The notes under the pieces: model-generated
Databases searched by the model: none
Told to the model about the DNA's origin: nothing
The model's input: the letters and a program-made list of their open reading frames with translations, nothing else
Position numbers and translations under genes: made by a program
From: Lama glama
Taxonomy: Eukaryota
DNA length: 64,000 nucleotides
Direction of reading: 5' to 3'
Assembly (NCBI GenBank): GCA_028534125.1
Contig: CM052816.1
Location: 27,964,001 to 28,028,000 of the forward strand
Shown: piece after piece, positions 38,001-53,605 of the stretch
Layout of the letters: the number at the start of each line of letters is the position of its first letter
Position numbering within the stretch: the first letter of the stretch is position 1

Positions 38001-41000
38001 TGCCAGAGAAGTCATCACCTCAAATAGCAGTATTCATAGAACTTTGAAAAAGAGCATTAAGTTAAAATTCAACAGTTTCATAGGAAAGCCAGTAAACACG
38101 GAACTGTGTATTTGTGTGTATGTTTAGATTTCATTTTATCTAAGAATATCCAACCCAGCACCATCAGATTCTTCTCTAAAGCAATCAAACAAAACATACG
38201 GATACATTCGTAATTAAAGTTAATATATACAAAGTGCTTCAATTTTATACATTGAGTATAAACATTATTTGGCAAAAAATTCAGGCTATGCATTTAAACC
38301 TCTGATCTTAAAACACTCATTATTTCAGAGTGTCTTATTTAAAATATTTTCTATTTCCTAAATGTAAATTTGGCAAGGTTTAAGGTATGTTTAGAGAAGG
38401 TAATGCAATTTCTAGAATACTTTTAATAATACACTTTTCACATCTGCATTCTGTAAATGTAATAAAACATAAGATTAAGACTTTAAACAAAAAGTAAATT
38501 TTAGCTAATAATACAGTTTTAGTACTTCTAACAAATGTGAAATCAACAAGGCAAAACACACTGTAATTACTTTGAACTTAATGGGTTTGAAATAAATGCT
38601 AATTACAATATTAGCAATTATTGGACTTTTAATCACACACAATTAGCTTTGTGATGAACAGTGATAGTATTTAGAAGCTACTGCATAGTGTATATTTGCT
38701 ATATGTGTTTACTATTTGTTGATGCTACTAATTTTTATTTTGAAGAGTCACTAATGGAATCTGTTTATTTTATTAATATTATTTTTATCTTTGAAAGTGA
38801 AATGGAGTAATTATATCATTCAACTGAATAAAAATAATTGCAAATTTCTATTCTTTATTGTTTCAAATGTTTTTCTAGAGATCCACATACTTATCTGAAT
38901 AACTTCCTCTTGTTTAGATTAACGTGATCTTTGTTTGCAGGAAGGCAATGATTACGTTTTGTAATATACAAGGGGCTATTATTTTTAAACACAACTGTTT
39001 CTCTTGTTACTATTACAGGTAGAGTTTTGACAATATTTTACTTTATTTGCAATTAATTCACATCAAACATATGAAATTCACAATATGGCTTTCTGGGGTA
39101 GGTATATCCAGGATAAAATGAGAACAAAAACTTAAAATACTTGATATAATAATATTAAGACATTAACTTCTCTATCAAATTAGAGAATGAGGAAAGCATA
39201 GTAAAATTGTTTGACTTGGAGCATCATTTTAATTTTAGCCTTCTTCCCACAAACTTATACCAAGCACTCATCCCTCTCACATTCACACCATTACCAAGGC
39301 GGGCATTCACAAATATTTTGAACAGGCACCACAGGAAAATGGTCCTCTAAACTTTTCACTTACCCTATACATATTTCAAAGGAACAGTCATAAATATACC
39401 CCTTAACTGAACTTTCCAACCTTAGACACAAATCGGAAGGCTTAGACCTACTGTAGCAGAGAGCACTTTGAAAACAAATGGAGCTTATGATGATCTGTTT
39501 AGAAAATCACTATAAAATCTGCACAAACCATCTACAGCACTTACACAGAGAGTTTCTGAGACAAAGAGCATTTCTTATCTCTTATTTCCCTTACCAAAAT
39601 AGTTGAGGCCTATATCTTTTTTCTCCCTCTTTTCATTCTCTTAACACTTTCACCCATTATTTCTTTAAAAATATATTCAGAAATATCGAGAATCTTAATT
39701 TACCAACCTAGCCTCATAGCTTCCACCAAAATTGTCCTTTCACTTGCGCAGGCACTACATTTGAGAATGTATGGTGACTGCTTTGAACATACCACTGAAG
39801 GAAAACTGAACTTTGGGAAGAATAATACTAGAAAAGTCTGGTATTAGATTTACTGGTTGCTTGTTCCAAAGCCACGTTTTAGTGATAACTTAAAAACAAA
39901 GACTGCATTTGCTTCAACAGACTTTTATTATGTATGGCTTTGGCTTATCATTTAATTATGTACTACAGACAGATGACGCTTCTATTACATTTTATTAATT
40001 TAGGGAAAAATCTAATTCTTCATTGTCTCTGAAAGCTAGAAAGTTATTTCAACTGGCATATTATTTATACAGATGGTCCAGAAGTATTTCAAGTTGCTGA
40101 TTTTCTAAGAAAATTGTTTTCTAGTTCTTTTGAATTATTGAGGAAAGTTTCAAGTATTCAAGCATGTTTATCATCCCTTGCCAAATCTCTGAATATTCCA
40201 GTTTCATGGCACAAGTAAAATGAAAATACACATATTTAAAGTTGGCTATAAGACATTCATCAGTCACTCAATAAACATTCAGTGATATTTAATAAAATAA
40301 GCTTATGTGACATTTTTGAGTAAAACTGCAAACCACTTTCTATAGAATTTATGATTTGTCCTAGGAGAAATACACATATAAAACAAATGGAAATTAGACA
40401 TATGAGTTTTGAGTAGAAACAAAATAAACACAGAAATATAGTTGGAAGAAATTTAACAGAAAACAATGCCTGGAGAAACTGTGATCTGATCAACCTTCTG
40501 AAAAATCTTGTAGAAGATACGTGGTTAGAAGTTCCTGGGGCAATGTGATGGCAGAGTGGTCTGCCAGATTCACCCTGAGGATGGAGCCAATGACCAACGA
40601 GGCTACACTAAGTTCACAATTCTTCTATTATATTCTTTAACTACCAAATACCAAGAAGACTCAGAAAATTGTGTGCCTTTACCCTGGCTTCTGAGTTGGC
40701 AGGACAGTGTTTGTGGACACATTACAGATGTGTAGCAAAACAAAAGTAAATTCACCCTAAACAAAACCCCACTCTAGGATGTCCTGATACCCAAGTTATA
40801 GCATAGAGTACACCCAGTACCTTGAAAAGCTGATACATTGGTACTTTGCAAGATTACTGTTCTTTAATTGACTGCTTCCTGTGGGCCAAGCACTGTGCCG
40901 AGTGCTTTATATTTATTCATTATTCAAACTTTGTAACTCTAGAAGTTAAACATTAGGCAACAAAGCTGAGACTTAAACTTAAGCCTGCTTTTACATTTTA

Positions 41001-41408
41001 AACTTTTATTCTCAGTTTCCAGACTCAGAAACAAACGGTATTCGCTGAGTAGAGATAATTTACTTAGATGCATTTTGGTATCTGCAGTAGTTGTTATTGT
41101 TGTTGTTTACCAAAAAAAATAAATGTGTATAAAATGCATACATATACATCATAAAATATTTTAGAAAATATGGACTAGCGTGAGTAAGAAACTAAAAATA
41201 ACCTGTAATCACAACTCCAAGAGAAAGCCACTAACACATTTTGGTTATATGGTGTAAATCTTTAGAGTTCACTTTTCTCTTCATACATTACATATATATA
41301 AAAATAAAAGTGTGTGTGTGCATGTGTATATAAATAAAACAGTGTGTGTTATGTATGTGTGTATATATACATACACACACACATCATATATGTAATATGT
41401 AATCTTAT

Positions 41409-41933
41409 GTAATAAAGATTATCAAGAGTTTAGCTAAGTTACTCCATGGTATTGTTGCCCTGACACCCATTTTGTTTGGTCGGGTACCCTGCAGTGACCT
41501 TGCACTGACATATCCCTCATGCAGGTACATGCCCTAGAGTCACAAGCCAATGTAAATCTCAGACAGGATTTCTCCACCAGCCCTTGTAATCAAGTTTTCC
41601 TTGTCTCCCAGCGCCTTCCACTCATGTACCCCTTAGATAAAACTACCATGTGGTTTACAAATACTCAAATATTTTTGTTTGAATTGACTGATGTGGCCTC
41701 AGCCTAAGAACCCCAAAGCACTCTACTCTTGATCCTTAAATAAAGGCATAAACCCCAGGTTCTGCCCCTCTATGTTTTCCCCCATGTGGTCCCTCAAAGC
41801 ATGCTGGTACTTCCCCTAGAACCTATGACTAATAAATGTCTATTTCAAGTCCCCTTATGGTGTATCATTGAACTGACGCTTACCACCTAGCACCCTATGC
41901 TCCACCTAATGTTAATTTCACAAATTCACAACA
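41409..41933 (+). mobile_element. Solo LTR (ERVL, MER73/74-like)
   Basis: CCCATTTTG near the start, TAAATAAAGG TATA-like box at ~41737, AATAAA at 41831, ends CACAACA. Confidence 0.65.
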
Positions 41934-42149
41934 CATATGAAACACCTTCAACTTATAAAACACTATTCATTCAGGGTGCAACTTGTCAGATTACTGAAAA
42001 TTTAAATAGGGAAAAACAGAAAATGAAAACCACCACCAGAGCAAAAGGCTAAATGATATAATAAAGAAAAACTGTAAAAGTGCTACAGTCAGAGCTTTAA
42101 TTTTCAGGTCACAGGCAACCCGTTATAGTGAAACAAACAAACAATAACC

Positions 42150-42320
42150 CTGGCATAATAAGTGGGTTCAAATTCTGATTCCATTGCTCAGTAATGAGCT
42201 GGTTTGGCAAGTTACTTAGCCTCTGTGGTCTTCTCCTGTTTGACCAGCTTAATAATAACAATCTTAAATTTTGGAGACTGGCCAAAATCTAAATACAGGG
42301 ATGGCATAAAGCAGCTGGCC
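42150..42320 (+). mobile_element. MIR fragment
   Basis: GGGTTCAAATTCTGATTCCATTGCT...TTGGCAAGTTACTTAGCCTCTGTG. Confidence 0.7.
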
Positions 42321-43874
42321 CACTAAGGATATAAAATATAATTTTTTAAAATATTTCCATATACTCAAGAAAAATGTAACAAAATATTCTTCTCCAAGAG
42401 TTACGTGAATGAAAATAAAGGCCCATTTAATACATACATATATATATACCTATATATAGATATATATAGATACTGGGAACAAATTCGAATACAACACAAA
42501 AATAATAGGAAAAGACATACAAATAAAAATTAATCACATAATCAAAATTAAAAAAAATAGGACAATATTATTTAAATTTTTAAATAAGAACCAGGGTTAG
42601 AGAATGTTAAAGCTATAATTTAAAATTTAAAGTCAAATACATTAAAGCACAAAGTTGCCTGGAATATAAGCAAAGAAAATGAATTTTAGAGACAATTTAA
42701 ACATTTTAATAAAGTAGAATTTAGAAATGAGATGTAGAAAGAAAAAGACAGTGAAGCATTTTCAGTACTATAGAAAAACGGAAAGCATGCCTGTCCTTAA
42801 GATGAAAAATAAAGAGGAAAACTCACCCAGAGCAACCCAGATGTTTACCTTTCTTGCTTGGCTAAAGTTGCCATATTGATATATTAGATGGCAAAAAAAA
42901 TAAAAAACTGAATTTCATTTCTCATGAATAAAAGAAAATATGTGAGTTATTGACTCCCAAACTTCTTTACCCAAAAAAGGCATTTGACTTCCTTCTTTGA
43001 TCCTTGATACCTTTATGATTTTAACCTGGTCCACGATAAATATTATTATAGCTTTACAGTGTCAAAGCCCTTTGAAATCACTAGCCAATTTTTTACACAG
43101 TCAACTCCACTGACCACGTCTACATTATAATGATAATATTTTTTACTTTGATTTAAAACTGAATTTCCTATTAATGAAACCAAATGCTCCTGCTCTATTT
43201 TTCTTGAGCTGGTTTAAAACACTGTAGTTTATTTTAACTACATCCATTATGTTTTTACTACTTTCACTCCGATCCACTGAATTCTTCTTTTCACATGGTT
43301 TCATCTCATACAGAGATTACAGATTCTTGTTTTTTCAGCTTGATGTTGGCTCATGGTCACTATTTTTTCATCAATGATTCACCAATCTATTTTTAAAGCA
43401 TCAGTATATTTACTAGGGCAGTTAGTACTGTAGTGAGAATGTAGAAGTAAAATGTAGATAAAACTCAAAATGTGTTTTAGGGAGCATAAAGATTTCAAAG
43501 TAACAGATTCTTTTGGCAATGAACTACTTTTTTTTTTAATAACATTCATAGGATAAAGAAAGTCTTAACTATCTAATGACTTCAATAGGCCTTAGTCGGT
43601 ACAGTAAGGGATTTAAGTTTACACCATTACTTTTTTTTTTCACTTCAAAATGATAAATGAAAATTTTGGATATCTCAAACTTATTTGTGTCAGTCTAAGT
43701 TGCTGTCATATCTACATTTTCCTTTATAAAACTTTTTTGTGTACATGACTATTATGATATTCATTACCAGTTTGTGAAACAGTTACTTTGTTTTAAAGTG
43801 ATAAAATTGAAGCATATAAATTTTAAATGGCTTCAGAAAATTCATGTAGCTAGAATCAACTGTTGAAAATCAAA

Positions 43875-43881
<7 letters not shown>

Positions 43882-43910
<29 letters not shown>
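43882..43910. repeat. (TA)n microsatellite
   Basis: Pure TA run. Confidence 0.95.
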
Positions 43911-43912
<2 letters not shown>

Positions 43913-43919
43913 GCTTCTA

Positions 43920-45360
43920 AGAACTGTTTAGTTGATTTTCATAAGTTCATAGATGCCACTTCATTACCATTCAGTTTAAAACATTTTCTAATTTCTATAG
44001 TGATATAATTAAAAAGCCATACGTTATTTAGAAGTGTATTATTTCATCTGTTAAATATCTAGGGATTTTTAAAATTATCCTTTTTGATAATTATTTTTCA
44101 CCCAATTCCACTGAGGCCAAAGAAAATGTTCTCTAAGATTCCAATCATTTGAAATGTGTTCACACACTCTATTTTCTAGTATATGATCAGTTTTTGTAAT
44201 TATTATTTGTACTTCTTGGAAGTAATGGTACTGTGCAGTCACTGAATGCTCACATTATGTGAGTTCGTTAAATCAAGTTATCTAAATCTTCTGTCCATCA
44301 AAAGATATCATTATAAGAGTGAAGAGAAAAGCCACGTGGTTAAGAAAAAAAAAAGGACAATAAATATGTTTAATGGAGAAACATTAGAGCCTTCCTTTTA
44401 AAGCCGGGATAAAGACATTACTATATAAACTAGTGTTTAATCATTGCTGTTAGATATGAGGCATCACTAAAATAAGGGTAAGACATAAGAAATGCAAGTT
44501 TGTAATTGAGCATAATACTACTATTATTGTAGGTGACTATCATATGTACAAAATGAACAGGAAAATAAAAGCTACAAAATGTGAAAAAATAATGAGAACT
44601 CCATACATAATTTCATTAAAGTGGATTAGGTATTTGGGGAAAACAATAGATTTGTGTCTAACCTCTTTTATCAGAATAAATACAGATTCAAATATAAATA
44701 TAAATTAGAAGCCTAGAGAGAAAGAGAGAAACATGAAAACAGTAGGAGAAAATATGAAGATTTAGTTTTTCTGATATGTTTTAAGTATATGAGTGGGCAT
44801 GACTTTTTTTTTAAAGTGTGACCCCCCCAAACCAAAAGACATAAAAAAACCTGGGTATAGATAATGAATTAAAATTTTAAAAAATTTTTGATGAAGTTTC
44901 TAGAGTTAAGATTAGCTTCCTTGTATCCTATCAATTGAAGATATTAACAGAATATAAAATACCAAAATTATAAAGTATTTCAGATATGTATTTTCCTTAA
45001 TAAACTTCTGAATTCTATGCAATTACAAAACAAATTCCAGGTGTATTGGTATAGGAAACTGACTAATCTTATTTTTATGGAGACAAAATAAAGATTTAAA
45101 GATAGCTCAGGTTAACTTTGAAAATGAATAACAAAGAAGTAGAATTTGCTCTGCCATTTATTGAGATATATTATAACATTTCAGGAATTAAAATATGCTA
45201 ACACCTCCAGAAGAGACAAAATACAAATGGAATCAAGGGAGAGTTTAGGCAGAGTCATACTATAACATAATCATATATTATCAAAGGGAAATATATAAAC
45301 TGAATAGAAGGTGGTGTTTAAAAAACTGAATTTCCACATGGAGAAAAAGAAATTTTATAC
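43920..45360. mobile_element. Old L1M fragments (antisense ~43920-44290, sense ~44290-45360)
   Basis: GTTATTTAGAAGTGTATT; TCCAATCATTTGAAATGTGTT; TTTGAAAATGAATAACAAAG. Confidence 0.6.
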
Positions 45361-45364
45361 CATT

Positions 45365-45890
45365 GATTTATCCAATCTGCAAACATTTATTGGACACCTT
45401 ATAAAGGCCAAGCTTCACCATCTATCCTAGAGATTGGAGATATATCTATCAACCAAAGTCTCATCTGTTATAGAACTTATAATCTAATGGAAGAAAACAG
45501 AAACTAAAGAAATAAATATATGTTATGTCAGATGGTGGCATGCCCCGTGATATGAACAGTCTATAAAGAGGTGACACAGCTGGCAGGGTGGTATTGGTGG
45601 CAGTGAGGCTGGGATGGTGGGGAAGGCAGACAAGGTCGTGGTGAAAGCGGTGACTGTGGTCATGGTGGGAGGTGTGCGGTTGTTTAGATTGGGGTGTGTG
45701 GCTTATTATTTATCAGTTGTTAGCGAAGACTACCTGATAGATGTCCTCTGAGCAGAGAGATAAGAGAGGAGGAAAGCAAGGCAAAGAGTAAAGTATAATA
45801 GCCATGCAGTTGAGCTGTGGTTAGCAGGCATCAGGAACAGGAAAGGAGCTAGTGCACCTGGAGTGAGAGGACATAGGGAGTGACAGTATT
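45365..45890 (-). mobile_element. L2 3' fragment
   Basis: AAACATTTATTGGACACCT...AGAACTTATAATCTAATGG...TGAGCAGAGA. Confidence 0.65.
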
Positions 45891-48589
45891 GAAGAGCTGC
45901 TCAAATTCACGGTTATCAGAGGAGTGCAATGAGTTAGCATGTAGACAGTGCACATGCGCGTGCACACGCACACGCACACACACACACACAGTTTGTCTCC
46001 AAATAAGTCCTTTTCTTCTGTTCAACATTTAATCATATTAAGGTTTTGTTTTTCCTGTAGTCTAAATTGCTCATGTTTACTGCTATTTCAATTTAAATCA
46101 AATCCTTGGAACATTGTGAATCTTCAAACCATCAATTTTCTATTTGTAACACTTTTTTCACATCAAGAAAAAAATTACAGAACATGCACTAACATAAATG
46201 TATTTTTTTAATGCTTAACCACTCAATTTTACCACCTTAGCCAATTTCATGGGCATTCATTTGTGTAAAATCTTAGTAATCCTTTAAGTAAAATGATGTA
46301 TTGCCTGGTGCTTTCATTCAACAGTCAAATAAATCTAGAGACAGCCAATAAAAGTCGCCAAGTCAATAATTGGCTTAAGCCACATATCTTATTTATGTGG
46401 AATAAGCCAGATTTACATAAATAAGTCGAAATTTCTGGCTCAGACTTGTATTCTATTCAATGGAACACAGCATACTGAAACAAGCAATTTTTAAATAGGA
46501 TTTTCTGGTGAATCTACTGAGACTGTCGCTAATGGTTTTAACTACATCAGTCCCTTTGGTAGCTAAGTTGGTTTTATTCGGACTTGTTTTAAACTTATCT
46601 GCAACTTAGTCCTTCTGAAGACCATGAATAAAGAAAACAATTTTAATGTTCTTAGGCCATGTTCCTCCTCTGAGGGCAGAGTTGTTCAGGGAGCCAGGAT
46701 CATCACTGAGACAGAGGATACCCTATTTATATCCTCATCACCACCGTCATAAGTAGTGGTACTATTATTTCTATTTCTGCCTGCTCTTGTATTACTCTGG
46801 TTCAGTCTGTCACTCATATTTGCTTTAGGACCTCGGTTTCCTACCCCATGTACAGTTTCCACTCTATTATTTGAACAGCCATTTTGGAAACCAAAAACTT
46901 CCAAAAGTAAGAATCGTTACCTAGTGTTAGTTCAGAAATAAGATAGCACTGATTTAATCAATGTGTATATGACAAGTAAATGATATATTATTGAATGTAT
47001 CAACTTTTCTCTCAGGCATTTCTACATGTATTTTTTCATATTCAACAACTCTCATACCCCAAAATTTAACTATGAAGCAATTTAGTAACAATACATTAAA
47101 CATGGAGACTGTTGCTTATTTCCCTATTTTAATTTGATCCTCCTTACAAGCCATTATCCCATAACCATTTTATTTTTTGAGGGGGTAAAGCTACATTGCA
47201 TTCAATCCCTATTGACAGCTACATTCCAAGTCTTTGGAAAACATGGGATTCTTTACTCCCAATCCTTAAGATACTCCACTGTAATTCAGTCAGGGCTCCT
47301 TAAGGGTTTTCCACAGCATTCAGTCTGCCATCAACATAAAGTTAAATAAACTGATGGGTTAGGTCACATGAACCAAGTGTGGGAATTGTTTGCATTGCAA
47401 TGTGAACCAGCTACAGACTTTTTGCTCTTGATTCATTTCAAAGCTGTGAGCCTTTCAGTTACCCAAGCAGTTGCACCAAAACACCTAGCCAAATATGGTA
47501 TTTCCTACGAAGTCCAAAAGCCAAATAAACACATGCTGCTTTCTGACATCAACTTATTCTTTATTCTTTAGTTTTGAAAGGATAATCCAATAAACACCAG
47601 ACTTCCACTGGCTCTAAAAGTTCAGTAAGCTGATGAACCCCTTTATTTTTGTAGGATTTTTTCCCCTATTTGCTACGCACATGTTTTACCAAGTCATTTA
47701 GGATCCATGCAATTTTTACCTCCAATTTTTATTAGCATGTCAGAGTGATGTACTTTAGGATGGTAGCAGAATAAGGTTTCTGTTGATTAAAATAAGATAC
47801 TGGAGAGTTCAGTAGCCCCAAACTGAAAAAATGCCCATTACAGTTTCTCTTGGTTTTCCTTCTTCATCATTTAAATTTCCCTTCTATCCCCACTGCCACC
47901 TTGATCTGTTCAGAAAGAAAATCATGTATCCATAAATGCTAATTCAAAATTAGTATTTCAGGTAGCCCTTTTAGATGGAGACTTTCCTTTCACTATAACA
48001 TTCTTCATACAGTTACCTGCATTTACCTAATTTGCTCCATGATTTTATTGATGTCTCAGTTCAAATTGTCTCCTTATCCAAGAAAACGTCTCTGTAAATC
48101 CTATGTGAAACAGCATTCACCTTCATCACCTTCATCCTGGAATTTTTTATTTAGCAGTGCCGTTGTTGGCCTTTGTAACAAACATAGCTTTAATTTTGAA
48201 AACATACATGGAATTATAGTGGTTTCTGCATATTTTAACCTTTTGTAGTGTTTTCTGTTCTTCATAACATTTTCTATTCCTTATTATTATGAAATGTATT
48301 TATGAAAGATGATATACTTGTAATGTATTAGTAAAACCTTGCTAGTACTTAAAACTGACAACCACTAATTAAAATAATCACTAATAGCACCTAAGTACTG
48401 ATCCAATAGCTAAGAAGAAGCATCTTCACAAAATATCTTAAAGTCCATATATTCTAAATACTTCCATTTTTAGACATTTCTAAATTTCTTCTCCTTGTCA
48501 AAGAATTATCATTTTAAAAATCTTCATTTCAACAAAGTATGGATTAGTTTTGTATGTTTTTTGAGCTTTAGCAAATGGTATTATGTTGA

Positions 48590-49830
48590 CAAGAAATCAT
48601 CTCACACCTGTCAGAATCGCTATTATCAAAAATACAACAAATAACAGATATCAGCAAGGATGCAGAAAAAAAGGAACCCTCCTGTAGTGTTGTAAGGAAT
48701 GTAAATTGGTGCAGCCACTATGGAAAAAATGGAAGACAGTGTGGAGCTTCCCCCAAAAATTAAAATTAGAACTACCGTAAGATTGAGCAATTCCATTTCT
48801 GAGTATTTAAAAACAAAAACCTAAAACAATAACTTGAAAAGATAAATGCATCCCTATGTTCATTGCAGGACTATTCACAATAGCCATGAAATGGAAGTAA
48901 CCTAAGTGTCCACAGATAGATGAAGGGATAAAGAAGATGTTTTATACACACACACACACACACACTCACACACATAATGAAATACTAGCCATAATGGAAT
49001 GAAATCTTGCCGTTTATAATAACACAGATGAACCTAGAGGGTATTATGCTAAGTGAAATAGGCTAGACAGAGAAAGACCAATACCGTAAGATTTCACTTA
49101 TATATGGAATATAAAAAATAAAATAAATGAACATAACAAAACAGAGAGTCAACAGATACAGAGAACTAACAATTACCAGAAGGGAGGGGAGTGGGGTGCT
49201 GAATGAAATAGGTGAGGGAAATTAAGAGGTACAAAGTAAGTTCAGTTACAAAATAAATGAGTCACTGGGATGAAATGTACAGCATGGGAATACAGTCAGT
49301 AGTAATGTCACATCTTTGTATTGTGACAGAGGGTAACTAGACTTATAGTGATCATTTTGTAATGTATAGAAATGTTGACTCACTATGTTGTATGTCAGGA
49401 ATTAACACAGTGTTATAGATAAATTATGCATCAGAAAATAAGCAAATAAGCTAACAAATTCACAGAAAAAGAGATTAGATTTGTGGTTACCAGAGGTGGG
49501 GGGTGGCAGGAGGGGGAACTGGATGAAAGTGGCCAAAAGGTACAGACTTCCAGGTATAAGATAAATAAGTCCTAGGGAGGTAATGCACAACATGACAAAC
49601 ATCATTAACACTGCTGTGTGTTATATATGAAAGTTGTTAAGAGAATAAATCCTAAGAGTTCCCTTCACAAGGAAAAACTTTTTCTCCTTTATTTTAAATT
49701 TGTATGAGATGATGGATGTTCACCAGACTTACTGTGATGATTATTTCATGATGTATGTAAGTCAAATCATTATGCTGTATACCTTATGTAGTGCTGTATG
49801 TCAATTACATCTTAATCAAACTGGAAAAAA
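48590..49830 (+). mobile_element. 5'-truncated L1, same family as 1040-3680, inserted in an older antisense L1M
   Basis: CTCACACCTGTCAGAATCGCTATTATCAAAA. The 3'UTR is collinear with 2400-3680 and ends TCAATTACATCTTAATCAAACTGGAAAAAAA. The flanks (48480-48590, 49830-50090) read as a continuous old antisense L1 3'UTR. Confidence 0.9.
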
Positions 49831-51676
49831 ATGTGCATTTTTAGGATTTGTTTTTATACTTAATATTATGTTGCTGAAATTCATGATTCTTGATGCACGT
49901 ACAAGTAGGTCACAGTTATCCAACTGCTGTTTAGAAATGAATTGACTTACAGCACCATTAATTTTGCCATTCTCCTGTGGATGGACACTATTGTTTTTCA
50001 AGTAAAATAGTACTCTACTATTGTAAAAACTGTTGACATGAATATTGTTGTACATATCTGTCACTGTAGGTATACAAGAGTAGATGTAGGTATCATAGTA
50101 CTTTTAGCTGACTTTTCTAGTTGTTTTGTTGTTGTTGTTGACTTATGTTGCTGCTGTTTTTCTACTTTTATTACAGCCGGCATGATGTCTCCTGCTCCCA
50201 TCCTCTGCTGCAGATGAGACAGTTAGGGTGTCCTGTTTCTCCTTGAAGAGGTTTGTACCTCTGCAAGTCAGGTTATGTCACTGCCTGCAAATTCAGTTCT
50301 CTGATCGGTACATGAGAAGTTATGAACTGTTTCTTACTTGGCTTTTTCTCATTGTTAGAGAGGCAGCAACATTCTTCTCAGTTTTATACATTCTGAGCAA
50401 AAAGCAGAAGCCCTACATTAGATTTCAATAAACAAAGTAAAAAATATTTGAGGGAAAAATTTTATGATAGGTATTAACAATGACTGTGGTGAACTTAGAA
50501 TTTAGGATACTGGCATTTTGTTTTGTTTTTGTTGTCTTGTTTTAATAAGGGGAGAAGGCTGAGACTAAATAATCTTTTAAGGACACTTAAGTTATACTCC
50601 CAGTGTTATAGTATTTTCTATATTATTTATTCATCCAAGTTCATATATCTGAAATGGCTTTATTACAAAATGAATAGAAGTAAGAAATTATTTCCTTTGC
50701 TAATTACATAATTATATACTTAATCGAATTGTGCGTTGACTAGTTATTCTGCATCTTTTATTACCACTGTAGATTGTGAGCTACCAGGAGGCACATGCTG
50801 TGCATTACCAGTTATTATACCCCCACAGGAGTGTCTTTAGAATGTTTCTTGACCTATTAATAAACTAAAGGTCAGTAATATGTGCTATATTTTCTAAACT
50901 TTTCCAGGGAAGGCAATTTTCTCAAAATTTCAGAAATCATGTTGTTTTTTTTTCTAGAACTAGGAAAATCCCAGCTCTAGAAAACTTCCCACTCTTATTC
51001 CACTATAATTCTATTAAGAATTACAATGTCAGTGATTGATCTGTACACGCTGTCCCCACAAAATGTCAAGCTGCTATGGTTGGACTATTAATCATTATTA
51101 TGTCCTGATGCTCTGGTGATCCCCCTGAGAAATGTACTTTCAAAGAATTTAATCCCTTCAATTTCTGATGGAAACATTTACTGCTGGAAATGGCAAATTA
51201 TCAAGTATCACCCTAATAGCTCCAAGCTATTAATTATTATTTTGTATAGAAGCAATTTACCATCAGAAAGTAGTTTATCACACCTGGGATCATCACCAGC
51301 AATTGCTCTTTCATGGGGTTTCTAAAGTTCCTAAGGAAAATGTATTTTAGGAGGGTATGAGTAAGAGATACTATTGGATGTGATTTGAAAGCTTAAAATG
51401 TGTGTTTAGTTGTAAGAGAAGTTCAAGGTAAAGTATAGTGGAAGCAGTATCAGCGATGCTAATGATCAAAGGATATTGATGGTTTTATCACTGGTGTGAG
51501 AAATATATCCTGGAGAATATTATTATCAGGAAACTAGATGTGAAGGCAATAATCTCAGATACTTTAGATTTTATATTTGGCTTGTCATTTCCTTATAATA
51601 AACCTGAGCTTACAATGTCTTTCCAAATAAGTAAATACTAATAATAAGTAAAACTTAAAAAGATTCCTGTCCTATT

Positions 51677-53472
51677 CAGGGACTGTAAGACTCAGCACTG
51701 TCAAAATGATGCTTCTCCCAAACATGGTCTATACATTCAATGCACTACCAATAAAATATCAGCAAGTTATTTGTGGGTATCAATAAACTGATTCTAAAGT
51801 TTATACAGAGAGGCAAAGGACCTCTCCAAGGACTAAGCTGGAAGACATTAAGCTACTTCAACACTTACTATAAAGCTATAGTAGTCAAACTACTACAGTG
51901 TGATATTAGCAAAAGAATACATAAATAGATCAATGGAGCAGAATAGCCCAGAGATAGACCCACATAAATATTGTCAACAGATCTTTGAAAAAGGAACAAA
52001 AGCAATAAAATGAAGCATCAACAGTCCTCTCAACAGATGGTGCTGGAACAACTAGACATCCACATGTGAAAAATGAATCTAGACACAGGCCTTACACCCT
52101 TGACAAAATTAACTCAAAACAGATTACAGACTTAAATGTAAACTGCAAAACTATAGAACCCCTAAAAGATAAAACAGGGGGAAAGCTAGATGACTTTCAA
52201 TTTGGCAGTGAATTTTCAGATACAATACCAAAGGCATGATCCATGAAAAAAATAACTGATAACCTGGACTTCAAACAGTCAAGAGAATAAAAAACAAGCC
52301 ATACACTGTGAGCAAACACTTGCAAAAGATACAACTGAAAAACGACTGTTTTCCAAACACAAAAAGAACTTGTAAAACAGAGTAAGAATACAAACAATGC
52401 AATTAAAAATGGGCTGAATTTGTTGACAGATTCTTCACTATAAAAGGTATACAGATAGCAAATAAACATGTAAAAAAAAAAGATGCTCCACATCATGAGT
52501 GACCAGGAAAATGCAAATTAAAACAAGATACCACTACACACCTATTAGAACAGCCAAAATCCAGAACACTGACATCACCAAACACTGATGAGGACGTGGA
52601 GCAATGAGAAATCTCAATCATTGTTAGCGGGAATACAAAGTGGTACAGCCACTTTGGAAGACAGTTTGGTGGTTTGTCACCTAACTAAACTGACCTTTAG
52701 CATACTATCCAGAAACTGTGCTCCTTAGTATTTACCCAAAGGAGCTGAAAACTTATATTTATACAACAACCTGCACATGGATGTTTATAGCACCTTCATA
52801 TCCAAAACCCAGAAGCAACCAAGATGTCCTTCAGTAGGTGAATTGATAAACTCTGGTATAGTCTGGCAATAAAATACAAATCAGTACTAAAAAGAAGTGA
52901 GCTATTAATCCATCAAAAGATATGGAGAAAACTTAGATGCATGATAGTAATATCCTCATATTACTCATTGACTATATGTTCAGTAAATGTAAACAAGTTA
53001 CTAAGAACTCTAAGTGAAAGAAGTCAATCTGTAAAGGTGTATGATTCCAAATACATAACATTCTAGAAAAGTCAAAACTATAGAGACAGCAAAAGATTAG
53101 TAGTTGCCATGGGTGGGGGGCAGAGAGCAGTGAGAGGGATGAATAGACAGAGTACAGAAGATTTGAGGACAATGAATATGGGCAATGTGTGATATCACAA
53201 TGGTAGGTATATGTCATTACAAATGTGCCCAAATACACAGAATGTACAACACCAAGAGTGAACCATAATGGGAACTGTGCACTTTGGGTGATTATGATGT
53301 GTCAATGTAGGTTCATCAGTTGTAACAAATGTCCCACTCTGCTGGGGGTCGTTGACAATGGGAGAGGCTATGCAGGTGTGGAAGCAAGATATCCGAAATC
53401 CCTGTAGTTTGCCCTCAATTTTGCCATGAACCTAAAACTGCTCTAAATTATAAAGTGTATTTCAAAAAAAAA
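51677..53472 (+). mobile_element. L1MC1/2-like 5'-truncated L1
   Basis: ORF2 C-terminal remnants and 3' end CAATTTTGCCATGAACCTAAAACTGCTCTAAA plus poly-A. Degenerate TSD AGATTCCTGTCCTATT (51661-51676) versus AAATTCCTGCCATATT (53471-53486). Confidence 0.88.
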
Positions 53473-53605
53473 ATTCCTGCCATATTACTAAAAAACCAAC
53501 CTGATGCTTAGTTTGAAAACACTTTTACACCTTGATTTATACCTTAGATATTTCAACAAACTGCCGAGTAACAGGGAGATAAAGATAATAGGATGCTTTC
53601 ATTTA